Shown: one piece after another, positions 14,400 to 27,988 of the stretch
Layout: every line of letters starts with the position of its first letter
Position numbering within the stretch: the first letter of the stretch is position 1
From: Octopus bimaculoides
Taxonomy: Eukaryota
DNA: 64,000 nt
Direction: 5' to 3'
Assembly (NCBI RefSeq): GCF_001194135.2
Contig: NC_069005.1
Span: 3,878,690 to 3,942,689, forward strand
Notes under the pieces: model-generated
Told to the model about the DNA's origin: nothing
The model's database searches: none
The model's input: only the letters and a program-made list of their open reading frames with translations
Translations under genes and position numbers: made by a program

Positions 14400-14612
14400 A
14401 GCGAGGTGACAGAATCGTTAGCACGATGGAATAAATGCTTAGCGGTATCTCGACCCTCACTAAGTTGTGATTTCAAATTTTGCCGAGATCGAATTTGTAT
14501 TTCATCCTTTCGGGTTCGATAAAATAAGTGGCAGTTTAACACTCGGGCGAAGCAATCACCTCATTTCCGCCTTCCCCAAGTTGCCCAAGTGGCAAAAATT
14601 TGAAATAATTAT
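14400..14612 (+). mobile_element. SINE family A copy
   Basis: GGTGACAGAATCGTTAGCAC..AAATGCTTAGCGGTAT..TTTCAAATTTTGCCGAG..TTTCATCCTTTCGGGTTCGATAAAATAAGT, similar to 47127-47340. Confidence 0.8.
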
Positions 14613-14950
14613 TACAGCAATAATTTTAAGTATGTATCTTATGTGTTAATTAACTGTAGATGCAAATGTGTTATAACCTCACCCGAGGGATGCACAACAA
14701 ACAGTTGACTATACAGTATCCCGCTCGCGCGGGATCGATATGAGATGCGTTGAAACGATCGGTGTGGGCATTAATTTTTTTTTTACAACGTTCCGTTTTC
14801 TGTTTCTTTCATTTGTCATGCACACAACATACACAGAGGAAAATTCGAAGTAGATCCAGCGACAATTGTATCAATAACGTGGTTGACGTCAGGGAGCCAT
14901 AGGCAGTGAACGTGCTTCATCCGCTTACTACTAGGAATATACCCATCACT

Positions 14951-14984
<34 letters not shown>

Positions 14985-16149
14985 AGGAGAGGAAAAAGAA
15001 AGTTCTTTGTTAAGGAATGGAATGTTTCTTATTCTACACCAGGTTAATTTCAGTTCCCTATATATTTTTGGATATTGAGAGACATTCCCAGAGAAATCTT
15101 TCACAGAAAACATTTTGTTTTTTTATTATTTTGTCTCATAAATTATTTTTCAAGTCGAACCCTTTTCGAAAATGCTGTCAATTTTCTGTTAAGAATTTCT
15201 TTGAAAATATGATTGAAAACGTTTACAAATCCGGAACTTTAAATCCGGTAAGCGAAATTCATGTTATATCTCAATGAACCGTGCATTTCACTCATTCTAT
15301 GGATTTTCTGAAAGGAACGAAACTTTTTCAACTCATATTTAAAGAGATTCTTTGACACTTCCTTAGAATTCCTACAGCACGAACTCCATATTAATATTTC
15401 TTTCTCTATAGGTTCTACGTTTCTTCGATTTTAATTCAATGAATTAGTGACAGTAAAAAATGTCCTTGACATTCGCGAGTATATTAATTTTGTCATTGTT
15501 AATATATTTTTTATCCGACTATTGAAAATCTGCAGATATTTTTTTTTTGAAACTCCAAGATTAAAATTCTTTTAATCACTGAAGAATTATTCAGCTGATT
15601 CTTTTGGATTGGGGTCTGTATTGTACCTGTCAATATGAATGAAGTTAATTTTCAAGTTCTTTTCTTTTTATTCGGTTAGGTCTGGAATTGCAAAATTCAG
15701 ATGAGTTTATTACTGAATATAAAGTACAATTTACATGAGCGAGCTGAAAACTTTATAGACGACACACAGCAATAACATTTGTTAGCTGAGACAAGGACAG
15801 GATTCTTTTTTTCTTGCGATGGGTGTTTGATACAATTAAAGCCAATGTGGCAACTGAAAATTAACAGTAATGAAGAAAAACTTCAATATATCATTTACAG
15901 CGTTGCTTCTTCCAACCTATAATTCGCGATGTGTTAATATGACAATACTGCAATAAGAAACTAATTTTCTATATTCGAAGCGAATAAAGATATATATTAT
16001 GTATTTTCCTCAACAGACAAAGTAGTCACATTCTCCTATCTTGTCTCTCATTAACATAGGAATGGCATTTTGAAACAAGCTGAAGTTATTTTGGTGGACC
16101 ACCATTACTAAAACCTGACCATTCAGACTGAGATTAAATTCCCCCCCCC

Positions 16150-16192
<43 letters not shown>

Positions 16193-16936
16193 ACAGAGAG
16201 GGGGATATGTGCGTGTGTGTATGATTTTGCATTTTGTATTTAGTGGGGTTCCAAACATTGGTATAGTATAGTTGTTGGTGGAGCATGTGGGATTTGATCT
16301 CCGAAAGCAAGGTTGGAGAAAACTCAACAAGGTATGTCATCCTGCATTTTAGTCTATTAGTTTACACCTAATTTATCATTTAAACTTTTAGTTTATACCT
16401 AGAGACCTAAATCGGTAAAAAAAATGGAAATATGACCTAGCGTTATACGAACTCAGAACGTCAAGATTTGGAATAGCTGCTGTAGTATGTTTCTGTCTAA
16501 TTCTTTTACTAATTCGCCGACTTAATGACAAGTATATTTATTATAATAAATTGGAAATTACACGAGATGCAGTAATTAGATAGGAAAAGCGGAAAGCAGC
16601 CAGCGAATTTAGATTTATATCATACTAACGCTCCTACATAAATACACACGCGCGCACACATACATAAGCAGATACGCACAAGCAGTTACACAAGCTGAGA
16701 TCAGATGTACGCAGCGAGACAAAGTGGAAACAAAGAGCTTACCCAGTTGGAGACGGCCTATAGAGTGTCTATGATTAGCTGTTAAACACTTACATGAACA
16801 GAATCAAAGACACTCCATTAGAGACAGTCTTGAAGCGTGATAAAACCGAACTATCCAATTATGTCCACATTGAATACTCAAAAGGAACCGCACATATACA
16901 TAACACATCCTCACACTCTCGTAATATACGTCTGTA

Positions 16937-16959
<23 letters not shown>

Positions 16960-16986
<27 letters not shown>

Positions 16987-17002
16987 TGAGAGAGAGAGAG
17001 AG
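16960..17002. repeat. End of a (TG)n(AG)n microsatellite (tract 16937-17002)
   Basis: Direct reading. Confidence 0.9.
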
Positions 17003-17879
17003 GTGGGGACAATATTCTCAATATACAAAGAAATAGGCCGTAACAACAGAACTGAATATAATAAAGAAAATAAAGAAGGAAACAAAAAAAAAGCAAACAC
17101 TAGATAACTCACTTAGGGGGATGATTACAATGAGGGAATCAAGAGATTTAATGGACAATTGCTAAAATGCCTGAATAAGTCAGAACGTATTCATAGCAAA
17201 GAAACAAGGGCCACTTCTGGCTATTTATTGCATACAGGAGGCAAAAGATTCGCGACAATTAAACTCCTTCTCCAAACCCATTTCTCCCCAACTAAGAGAG
17301 ATATATTGGCTTGGTGAGTTCTTGTATCGATTAGGAAGTCAGTTTACGGAATTCACAAGCCTTACTATCGATAGGGCGCATTACGATGGTAATATCAAAA
17401 TATAAAAAAAAAAAGACAATCCAATACTTTACTCAGTAGTAGAAGCAGCGGTTGTTGTTATTTATCCAAAGATAATTCTTAATAATGAATATAAAACCAG
17501 ACGCGTTTGTGTTGTCATTTACTTTTTCGCATTCACAACTGCATTACTTGCAGTATCCTTTCATTTTCGCAACGGTAGATTTTTATTTGAACATCTGTTG
17601 AAATTAATGCTGTTTGTGTGTTGAATAATTCTGAAGATACCTTCACATGAAAACATTGGTAAACTGTTCAGCCCTCAAATAAAGTATATATATATATATA
17701 TATATAGATAGATAGATAGATACATGCATACATACAAACGGTTAACTACATTTATATGAATGTGCAAATGTTTGGACCTTTTGTTTATAACAAAAATGGA
17801 CAGTGAAATAAACTGTCAAAACTTTCGATGTATATTTGACTTAACATTTTCTGTGGACAAAGTTCCAATCGGTGTTAAC

Positions 17880-17928
17880 GTAAACACATATATGCTATTA
17901 TATATATATATATACATATATATATGCG

Positions 17929-17959
<31 letters not shown>

Positions 17960-17961
17960 GC

Positions 17962-18007
<46 letters not shown>

Positions 18008-18015
18008 GCATACAC
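17880..18015. repeat. (TA)n-rich microsatellite
   Basis: Direct reading. Confidence 0.9.
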
Positions 18016-18495
18016 TATGTCTACACGTATGTAAAAATATATGCACTCGGTATATACGATATCATAAAAACATACATACACACAGGTTTACATGTGTATC
18101 AAACTATTGATTGTCTTCCAACATCATCTGGATGACTGGCCATAACACGAGTGTAGAATAAAGATAAGGATTTTTCCCCTTAATATCTAAAATGTTGAGA
18201 CTATTTTTTTCTTCTAAAGTTGCGCAGGCAGAATAAACCGTATTATATACTAGATTACAGACACTATATCAATCATTTCTTACTTGCTTTCTCATAACTG
18301 ATAATACGTTGCCAAATATTTTCTTTAATGTCACTTTTCTCACACATTTTTCATTTTTTTTCCTTTTTCCCTGCTATTGACTTGGTCTCTTTCTTCAACA
18401 GATACTTGCCCAACACTTGTCCTTTCCTATATTTATTATTTATATCTAGATTTCGATATCTATTATCCGTACTTCCCAGTTTTCAGTGAGAATAG

Positions 18496-18528
<33 letters not shown>

Positions 18529-19237
18529 GATATATACATACACGCCATACCCTTAGGTAAAATGTCATGTGTGTCTGTCAATATATGTATATATGTATTT
18601 GTATGTGTGGTGTGTCTGTTACATACACGTACACATAGTCAGATAGGCAAGTACGAAGGTACGTATGTGCTACTGATGTACGGGCGTGAAATACTCATAT
18701 TATATGATATATGTGTGTGTGTAAACGTAGTTGTATTATCCGTCTATGCAAGGATATATAAAAAGTATATCTCCAAATGTTTCAGTGATGCAAGTTGTAA
18801 TGTTTGTAAATGAAAATATTAAACTTTGGATTACAATAGAGGGATTACAATATAATCCTTGCTTCGTTGAATTTATATTCGCTTCCGTTAAGCTGAAAGA
18901 AAATTTCCCTGGTTACGAGTTAGAATTCAGAACTGGAATTTGAATTTAAAAATAAAATTCTCAGCACTTGATATATCATCAAATGATACACATGCTGTTT
19001 GAGTGTTTATGAATAATAATGATAAAACTAATAATAAATCTACTTATTTATCTAGTTACACATTCGGGGGATTTTCAAAGGTGTAAGATTTGAGTCAAGT
19101 TAAGCCGTGTGTGAGTGTGTTTCTGTGTGTGTGTGTGTGAGAGAGCACGGCCACGTGTGTGTGCTTGCTTCTCTGTGTGTTTGTCTGTGATTGTGTGCCT
19201 GCTTATGATTGTGTGTGCATGCGTACCNNNNNNNNNN

Positions 19238-19306
<69 letters not shown>

Positions 19307-19307
19307 G

Positions 19308-19526
19308 TGCATAGTTGGACTGAAAATACCTGGCTTTGGATAATAAAAACTACAGGAGTATCAGTTAATAACGATTTTAGTGAACATATTCCCCTCTCAC
19401 ATATCCACACTTACTTCAGCGGTCGTCCACCTTTTCTAAACCATGTAAAAGAACTCCCAAGTCTGGTCGTCCATCCAGGCCTCTAGGTAGACCTTTAAAG
19501 CCAGGAACTTTTCAGCACCCCTCGTG
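19308..19526. mobile_element. Mariner-type non-autonomous element (MITE), ~215 bp, embedded in (CA)n/(TG)n
   Basis: The right end reverse-complements to ACGAGGGGTGCTGAAAAGTTCCTGGCTTT (mariner-like CGAGGG start). The left end GTTGGACTGAAAATACCTGGCTTT is a decayed inverted copy. No coding capacity. Confidence 0.65.
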
Positions 19527-19554
19527 TGTGTATGTGTCTGTGCATGTTTCTGTA

Positions 19555-19601
<47 letters not shown>

Positions 19602-20194
19602 GCACACACTCAGATATATAGAAAAGAGAGAGAGAGCTAGATGGAAACAAATATGCATGTACATGTATGCATATATGTTTATGAATACACACTACTCTAG
19701 CATTCTGCATTTATGTCTCACTATTTCAGTGAGTCAGTGTGTGTCTGCATGTGCATACGGATCTGTAATGGCAACGCTTAATATGAAGAATCTTTAATAA
19801 AAGCATCAAGTTTTAGAGTATATATATTAAAGTAGAAGAGAGAAAGATAAACTCCAATAAACAGATATTATATGAAAGAAAATTTATGTGGAATATGAAA
19901 GCATTAAAGTTTACAGACAGCTATAAATGTAAAACTTTAAAAGGGTACAAAATGAAATAAATATATCTTGATTTATGTCTTATAAATAATTACAGGAGTG
20001 TTACCTGTGGCCATAGAAAGACGGTTATTAAAAAAAATATGCTTCCTACTTTCCCTTCTAAGACCATCTCTTATGAAGAAATACATTAGAGATTGATAAA
20101 TTTAGTGAATGGTAGGTTGTGATATAAAGGTCTTTGGCTGCGATTACATGTAGTAAAATAGGAAAATAAAATTCCTTCTTTTATCAAATAAACT

Positions 20195-20380
20195 CACACC
20201 GCCGGTTTTCTGATTTCCATGGCGTATTTATTTCACAACTAGATGGGACTCCGGTCCGTCGCAGAATTATCCAGTGAGTGGACTGGATCAGCATGAAAAT
20301 GAGGTGTGTTGTGCCCAAGATTACAACACGTCGCCCGGTTCAGAAACTCAAACCTCTAACCGCTAAGCCACGTGCCTCCA
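20195..20380 (-). mobile_element. tRNA-derived SINE (family C), diverged
   Basis: Minus strand begins TGGAGGCACGTGGCTTAGCGGTTAG (A-box-like), then GGGCGACGTGTTGT..CTTGGGCA..CCAGTCCACTCA. Confidence 0.65.
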
Positions 20381-20785
20381 TGATTACATGTGGATAGGAA
20401 TGATTGGTTTACAGGCTTCTGAATAATGAGACAGGGATTAGTATTGGTCAAGAATCATCGCCTGACACCAATTGTGAACCCGGATATGTTCATACTATTA
20501 GTCCTATATATTGTGGTTTGTCCCTCTCCCTATCTATCTATCTCTCTATATATAGTGTTGAAAAAAAAAACACTTCCTTTTTTACCTTCCTAGACCACTA
20601 ATCATGAAATCTTATGAATACATTAGAGATTACGAAATTCACTGAACGACAGGTTATGATGTTGAATCCGTTGCCTCCGATAATATGTAGGACAATAGAA
20701 AAAATACAGTTCTATATTTAAGAGATGAGGATTTACGTACATTATTTACATTTGACGGATATTCGTCATCATCTTGTTTGTTGTG

Positions 20786-20831
20786 AACACAACGTTTCGG
20801 CTGATATACCCTCCAGCCTTCATCAGGTATC
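20786..20831 (-). ncRNA. Minimal type I hammerhead ribozyme motif, core intact
   Basis: Minus strand reads GAUAC-CUGAUGA-A-GGCUG-gaggguauau-CAGCC-GAAA-C-GUU^GUGUU. Stem I is GAUAC/GUGUU, stem II is GGCUG/CAGCC, and stem III is the loopless palindrome AACGUU. Predicted cleavage lies between 20791 and 20790. Confidence 0.75.
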
Positions 20832-20899
20832 TTGGGGAAATTTCGAACCTCGGTTCGAAATATCTTAGAAATGAGAACACAGGTTCAAAATTTCCCCAA

Positions 20900-20945
20900 A
20901 ACACCTCATGAAGGCTGGAGGGTATATCGGCCGAAAAGTTGTGTC
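20900..20945 (+). ncRNA. Hammerhead ribozyme motif, probably inactive copy
   Basis: AACAC-CUCAUGA-A-GGCUG-gaggguauau-CGGCC-GAAA-A-GUU-GUGUC. Core G5 is changed to C at 20907 and stem III C to A at 20937. Confidence 0.6.
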
Positions 20946-21669
20946 TGTTTTTCTTTTAATTTTATCAGCATGCATGTCGAATCCAAATGAAAGAATATGT
21001 AGCCTATATGTGTGTGCGTGTGTGTGTGTAGTAACGCACCACCACACGTTGTAAGGTAGATAAAACGTTGGCATCAGGCAGTAAAAGTATTCATAAATTA
21101 AAAAAAATTCATTGCATCATGTTTTTCAGTCATTCAATTACCACAATACACTTGTTACCGCCTTGAAAAATAAGGCGCTCCCAGAATGGAAAGGGAACCA
21201 ACACTGTTTGGGTGAAGGCCAAGGATCCTAATCACTGAACCACATACGAATCCTGTAAGCGCAATTGCTTACATATTCAGAAAGTTACTTTGTAAAATAT
21301 TTGTTACAGGCAATTTCTAGAAAATATTTGAATATTTCATCTGATGAAAATCTTGCATGAGCTGCTCCTCAAATTTCAATTTATGTATTATTCAGAGTGA
21401 ATTATATACCATTTCACTCATTACTCAGTGCGCACACACAACATACGCACACACATACACAATACTCTCACACATTATGAGTATGTGTGTGAGCGTGTGG
21501 AGACAGGGTGAGCGGTAGATATATCGATGTAGGATGCATACACATTCATGTGTGTATGTGTGTGATGGGGAGTATCTTTCAGGAGAAATGTTATCGCTGA
21601 ATGTTGAATAATTGTTCAATTTTGGATGTTGCCAACAGTACTAAAAGAGTAAGTAGAACCAGTAAAATC

Positions 21670-21732
21670 ATATGCATACATACACATATACATACACACA
21701 CACACACACACATATACGTATATATAGATACA

Positions 21733-21805
<73 letters not shown>

Positions 21806-21855
21806 AGTGTGTGTGCATATGTGAATATTTGGTTGTATGTGTGTGTGTGTATGTA
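21670..21855. repeat. Compound (CA)n/(TA)n/(TG)n microsatellite
   Basis: Direct reading. Confidence 0.95.
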
Positions 21856-22461
21856 CGTTTTAGGTACCGTTGCTGAAAGAAAGTGGGTGCATGACACTTG
21901 GATAGATAATAAATTATTGATCAGGATAGATTTGACAAAGATAATTGTGACTTGTTCAAGGATATTAGCCGCTGAATTCCCCGTATAGATATTCTATACA
22001 ACCATTTATATCCCATTTCGACAGATTACAATAAAATTTATGATAGGAAATATCAATAGCTCGTGACATAGATAAAAGGGAATAACGAACTCTCATTTTA
22101 ATATGTATCTCTCTATATAGATATACGCCTGTGTGCGTTACCATAAGTGTAAGCATGTATGCATATGTGTGTCAGTCTGTGCATATACAGACACGTGTGT
22201 GCATGTATGTGTGTATGGTTATATATATATATATATAGGTATACATACACATGTGTATATGTGATAGCTACTGCATGCTTGTATGTAAATGCAAATACAC
22301 ATATACATTTCGCGTGAGAATTCGAGTGTAAAGGAATGTGGGCAGTGTTCATTTATCGCTAATTTTTAAAATATTTATACAAGTGTTCCTTTATATACAT
22401 ACATATATATATATATAGCCTGATAGTATGAAATGTGCTGGCTGTTTATGTATGTATGTAT

Positions 22462-22512
<51 letters not shown>

Positions 22513-24894
22513 CACACACACATATATATAACGTATGTATATGACTGTATTATTACAAATATGATTCAAACCGTTGCCAACATTTTTCAATATTGATTTC
22601 CAAAGACTAATCACTAGTACACGGAAACACAAACATACAAAACTTTTACACACATACACACACACACAAACCATCGCTCACACAAGCACATTTACACATC
22701 CTTTACATGCACTAATATTTCTCCGATATTTATCGGCAGAGAAATACCTATTTAGTAACATAATGGAGTCAGTGGCTTGCGTCATTCCTATGGCAATTTC
22801 GTAAACATTACCTATATCCCAATTATCAGAATGATAAAATCAACTGCACAAATATCCATTTTTCCTTCTCCATCTTTGTTATTTGTATTCCTTTATGTCA
22901 TCACAATCTTAAACATTATGAAAATCATATAATATTATCATTTTATTATTATTTATGACTGACAAACAGCATCCTTCTACTGTCTGACAACATTTTAAGA
23001 TATTTTACGTTCCGTGTTCAAAAATCACGAATGTGGACCTTGCATTTTATCCTTTCAGGGGCGATGAAATAACTAACATCTGAGCCTACTGCAAATTCTT
23101 GCAATTTCAACTTTTAATGTTACTAGTTACTTGTATATGCTGAAATACGATATTTTTAAGGAAGAGAATTACGTTTAGACAGATTTTTACATCGTAAAAT
23201 ATAACGATTTAAAATTTTGCTTTTATCATTCTTTTTTTATTTTTTTCAATTTTCGCACGTTTTGATTTTACTTCCAAGAATCAGACCTTGACAAATTAGC
23301 AATTAATTGAAGTCGACACAAGCTTGTAAGTCATTCTTTGAGTCGCCTAGTCTCTCAGAAGGACTGGCAGTTTAGAATTACTTGATAGCGTGTCAAAATA
23401 GTTCTGTAAGATTCATTCTAAATAACCCAGAGAGATTTAATTTTGATCAACACCTGTTTTATGTTTTAACCAACAACGGAGTGATTAAACAGCCAATTCT
23501 TTTTGACTGTCGTTTAATCTCTCTGGTCTGAATCTTCAATCTTAACGTCTGCAAAATTGTTTTGTCAACGACAGTGTAATCTTCTTGTGGTCATAAAGTT
23601 TAACTTAGACTAAGTTATAAATGAATTGACATAGTTGTTGTTTACACCCATCGCTTTAACCACAATGTCATTGGACAGCTTCAAGGATATTTAAAATTGT
23701 AACGTTCTCAAAAGAATCAAAATTTTATTTGGCAAAGCTTTATGGTAACTCGATACTGTTTCACCGATGTAGTTCTCCCTGCTTTAAATAATTTTAAAAT
23801 AATTCTGTTAATATAATCCATTAGTCAATATGGTTGATCTCATCCACCGCTTTAATTAGTCGAATTAACGGTGACGTAATTTGTGTCACGTTCTCATGAC
23901 TCGCGTATAACTGTGTTATTACTCCATATCACTGATGTAATAACGCTGTCGCTAAAATGTAGTAGCCATTACAGTTAATCACACACGCAACTCCTGCAGA
24001 CCAATTTTATGACGAAATCGGGATCTTTTAAATGGATTTGCAGACAAGTAGCTGTTAGCTTTCGAGTAAAATGCAAACATAATTACCAAAATAAGGCGGA
24101 TGTGGCAAGTTGTTTTAAATTGTAGTACAACGTCAAAGTGCTAAAAGAAAACAATGCCATTTTATTTTGAACAGAGACACAATTGTATGTAAATGATGGA
24201 GAAAATATGCATGGAAATCATTCAGTATAACAGTATCCAGGTAGTATAATCGGGTCGTAGTATTCTCTATGTACGCATTCTTTTATTAATATCTCTTTTC
24301 TGATATCAATCTATAAACCAGAAGATTTACGTGTTGAATTACATGTTTGCTTCTTCTCATCACACATAAATTTTCCACATTTTATTCGTTTATCCTATGT
24401 TAGAATATAAGGAAAGCCGATTATTGATAGTTCATATTAAATACGCACCTTTCATGTGCTTACGTAGCAACTTGTTACGCAAATATTATTCTCTTCAGAC
24501 ATATACAGTAATCACTCGAAACGTGCACATTACAAGCATTACACATATCGTGAATTGGCTCCTATTATTCAAAGTTATGCCTTGTTTATAGCAATCTAAA
24601 CTAACCACGCCCAGAATAAAGGATCACAATACAAGACCTGTATAGGGGGGTATTTTATATTAATCCAGGCACATATAATCTTGTTCAGGTTAAAGCATGC
24701 AATCATTCAAATGCATCCATATATATGTAAAGAGAGGTCTACAAAGACACATTTATATACGTATACACACATCTATGCCTATTATATTTATATATATATA
24801 TGTGTGCGTATTATATATATGAAAGTGTTAAGAACAGGACAGTGAGAACACGACAGTAAAAACAAACGGTGAGGGCAGTTGAGCCACGATGATG

Positions 24895-25115
24895 GAAAAA
24901 TTATTAGGCATGCAAGGAGAAAAAGCCAATAGAGAAGAGAGACGAAGTACGTCAGCGACAAAAGAATCAAGGAGGAAGAGTGAGAGAGAGATGAAACGGT
25001 GAAGGGGAGAGGAGAAGAATAGGGAAAGGGTGACAGAGAAAAACAGAAACGATGAAGAACAATAGAGGGAGAGAGATAGAGAGAAAAGAGATAGTAGAAG
25101 TAAAGGAAGAGTGTG
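24895..25115 (+). repeat. Purine-rich degenerate (GA)/(GAA) low-complexity tract
   Basis: Strong A/G strand bias, with stops in the reading frames. Confidence 0.7.
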
Positions 25116-25184
25116 CATCGTAGTTATTAAGACAAAACTTACTTGGAAAAGGATGCGTAGCGTTCGATCATATAATAAAATAAA

Positions 25185-25262
25185 TAATATATAAATATAC
25201 GCATACATATATGTACATACCAACATATATATGTATATATACACACATATACATACACACAC

Positions 25263-25307
<45 letters not shown>

Positions 25308-25441
25308 TTATATATTTATACATACATATATATATATATACACATACACACATGTATATATACACATATACATATACACATGTATATATATATACACATA
25401 TATATACATTCATACATATATATACATACACATATATATAC

Positions 25442-25498
<57 letters not shown>

Positions 25499-25625
25499 CA
25501 CACATATATATATACATACATATACACATACACTCTATGTATAAAGACAACAATAGAAGTATATTTAGATACGTGCGTATATACGTAAATACAGATGCAT
25601 GTATGTGTGTGTACATACATATCGT
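25185..25625. repeat. Long compound (TA)n/(TACA)n microsatellite
   Basis: Direct reading; source of the ORFs at 25168-25653. Confidence 0.95.
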
Positions 25626-26240
25626 TTAGACATTCATGCATTCTCACGTACATACTGTTTCAAGGAAATAATTTTTATCAGAATTTTGAATGGAAAATAA
25701 GAAAAAGGGAATTGAAATACAAAACACAATATGAAATATTAGAAAACGTGAAAAAACTAAACATATGAAAAAGCGAAAATAGTACTGTCTTGAAATTATT
25801 AGAAATTATTAATATCAAATATAGAAAACAAAAGATATGAAAATAAAATACTAAATGAAAAAAATTGAACCAGCAAAAATTATTGAAATTATTTTCAGTG
25901 ATATATTTTTTCGTAAGGTTTTTACATTTCATTAGCTAAAAATTGAAATGAGGAGAATTGCATTGCCTTGAGATATCGTTAAGAGGCTATGTAATATCTG
26001 TTCATATAGGACAAGTAATTAAAAAATATATTGGCAATGAAGCGCTACGCCCGTAAAACACTGATGTGTGCGTCTAATATATGTCAAAAAATATATACAT
26101 ATACGTATGTGTAGAAAAATGACATATATATTGGTATATAAATTTATGTGTATACATTTATATAAATACACGATATATTCATATATAAGTAACTGAACTC
26201 CCGCTCTCTCTCTCTCATTTATATATATATATATGCATAA

Positions 26241-26301
<61 letters not shown>

Positions 26302-27774
26302 CACACAAACTAATACGTACATATATATACAGAAACACACATAAGCACGCATTGTATCATATATCCGTTGCTACAAATGTATATCTGTGTGTGTGTGTGT
26401 GTGTAAATATGCACACAGTGAGAGAGTGTACCCTGCAGAAAATAAAATAATTAAATATTCCATGGATGCATAATGCGTATATTAATGACGTTCTTAAATA
26501 CAGTACCTTTTAAGTCTGGCGGGCGAATTTATTATCTGAAGAAGATTGTGTACATCATACTCTTCATTTCTTTTAATGGCGTATTTTCTTTATATGTATA
26601 TATATATATATGTATAATAGCAACATAGAAACAAGGGATAGATTCTGTGCGTGTGTGTCAATTTCACTAGTACATATGTGCATGTATATATACACACGAA
26701 ATCTTACAGGGTGATATGAGCGCGCCCGAGCGCACGCGCGCGCATGCACACACACACACACACACACACACCCTGATTTAGTCATATAGGCAGATGTACA
26801 TTGAGTAAAGCTAAATATGCAGACAACTAGATACATACTTATCATTTAAGAAATATATTTTCCCATGCAATATCAGGTATCTCCAAATTTAAGACGGAAA
26901 TTTGGCTCAATCTACTACATATTCGATTAAATACAACTCCAATTTTGGAAGCAAGTATATCCGGGGATATAATAGACAGTTGAAGGCCTAATAAATAAAC
27001 CACGTCGTTGCAAAGCAACTACACAACCGGACTTCTACCTATAATATTTTCTACAATTGTGTTCTTCAAAGTCAGAAATATCCTTATGCATTCTTCAAAC
27101 ACTTAATACTAAAGATTATAAAAGAATATTTCGTGTATTTATGCAAGAAAAACGTTGGAATGTTTAAGATGGATTATCCATTTATTGATCATAACAAAAA
27201 AAAACCTATGACTATAGAGTTGTAACGGGCAATAAATATACGCAAATCATAGATAAAAGAATTAAGTTAATTGATTGCCTACTTGACAGATGAGATCTCT
27301 AACCGTTGCATTAAAGAATGCAGATGCAATGAATAATTTAATATCTGATACGTTATAAAACAAAAAAAACAACAACACTGTGTCAACTGTGGTGATTTAA
27401 GGAATAAGTTCTATACATTAATAAACATGTAGTAAAATGAATTTATAAAAGAAAAAAAAATAGCTGAATTGCATGGTATGGACTACGGTGATGGTGTTAG
27501 ACGTAGATAATTGTACTGTATGATAAAAATGTCACTGTAACCTATTTTCTGGCAGAAACGGAATTTGATCTGTTATCAGGATGCTTTCTACAGTTACATG
27601 GTTTGTGGCTACAATTCAGTTATTTTACTATAGAAATATTTCATATATATTTACTTTAAAATTCCTTAAGTGTTACGGGAAAATATTTGGAGCGATGCAG
27701 TTACTATGATGTCAAACACACATACACGGAAATATTGCCAACTGTTTAGATTGAAGAATCTGCTGTTGTCTTTT

Positions 27775-27912
27775 ACATTTTTCACTCATTAGACAGCGAC
27801 CAGGCTGGGGCCACCTTGATATTTTTTTCAGTCGAATGTATCGTCCCCTTACTCAAAAACTAGGACTTATATTTTCGGTCTCTTTTGCCGCTCAGTTACT
27901 GGAACATGCGCG

Positions 27913-27988
<76 letters not shown>

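Larger units (their letters stand above)
20705..20950. mobile_element. Palindromic non-autonomous element, probably derived from an inverted pair of Penelope-like pseudo-LTRs
   Basis: Inverted arms at 20786-20850 and 20881-20945 (58/65 identical by hand alignment) around a 30-nt spacer; each arm carries a hammerhead motif. The leftward extension to ~20705 rests on my recollection of this repeat. Confidence 0.75.

Noticed and set aside
14718-14735. GC-rich hairpin ATCCCGC-tcgc-GCGGGAT; also a 9-bp inverted repeat at 39393-39443
   Set aside because: Too short to distinguish from chance, with no U-tract or extended pre-miRNA pairing.
17120-17316. ATG-less ~60-codon open frame ending near the donor TTG|GTGAGT
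   Set aside because: No recognisable domain; the resemblance to a LINE endonuclease is too weak and the acceptor is mediocre.
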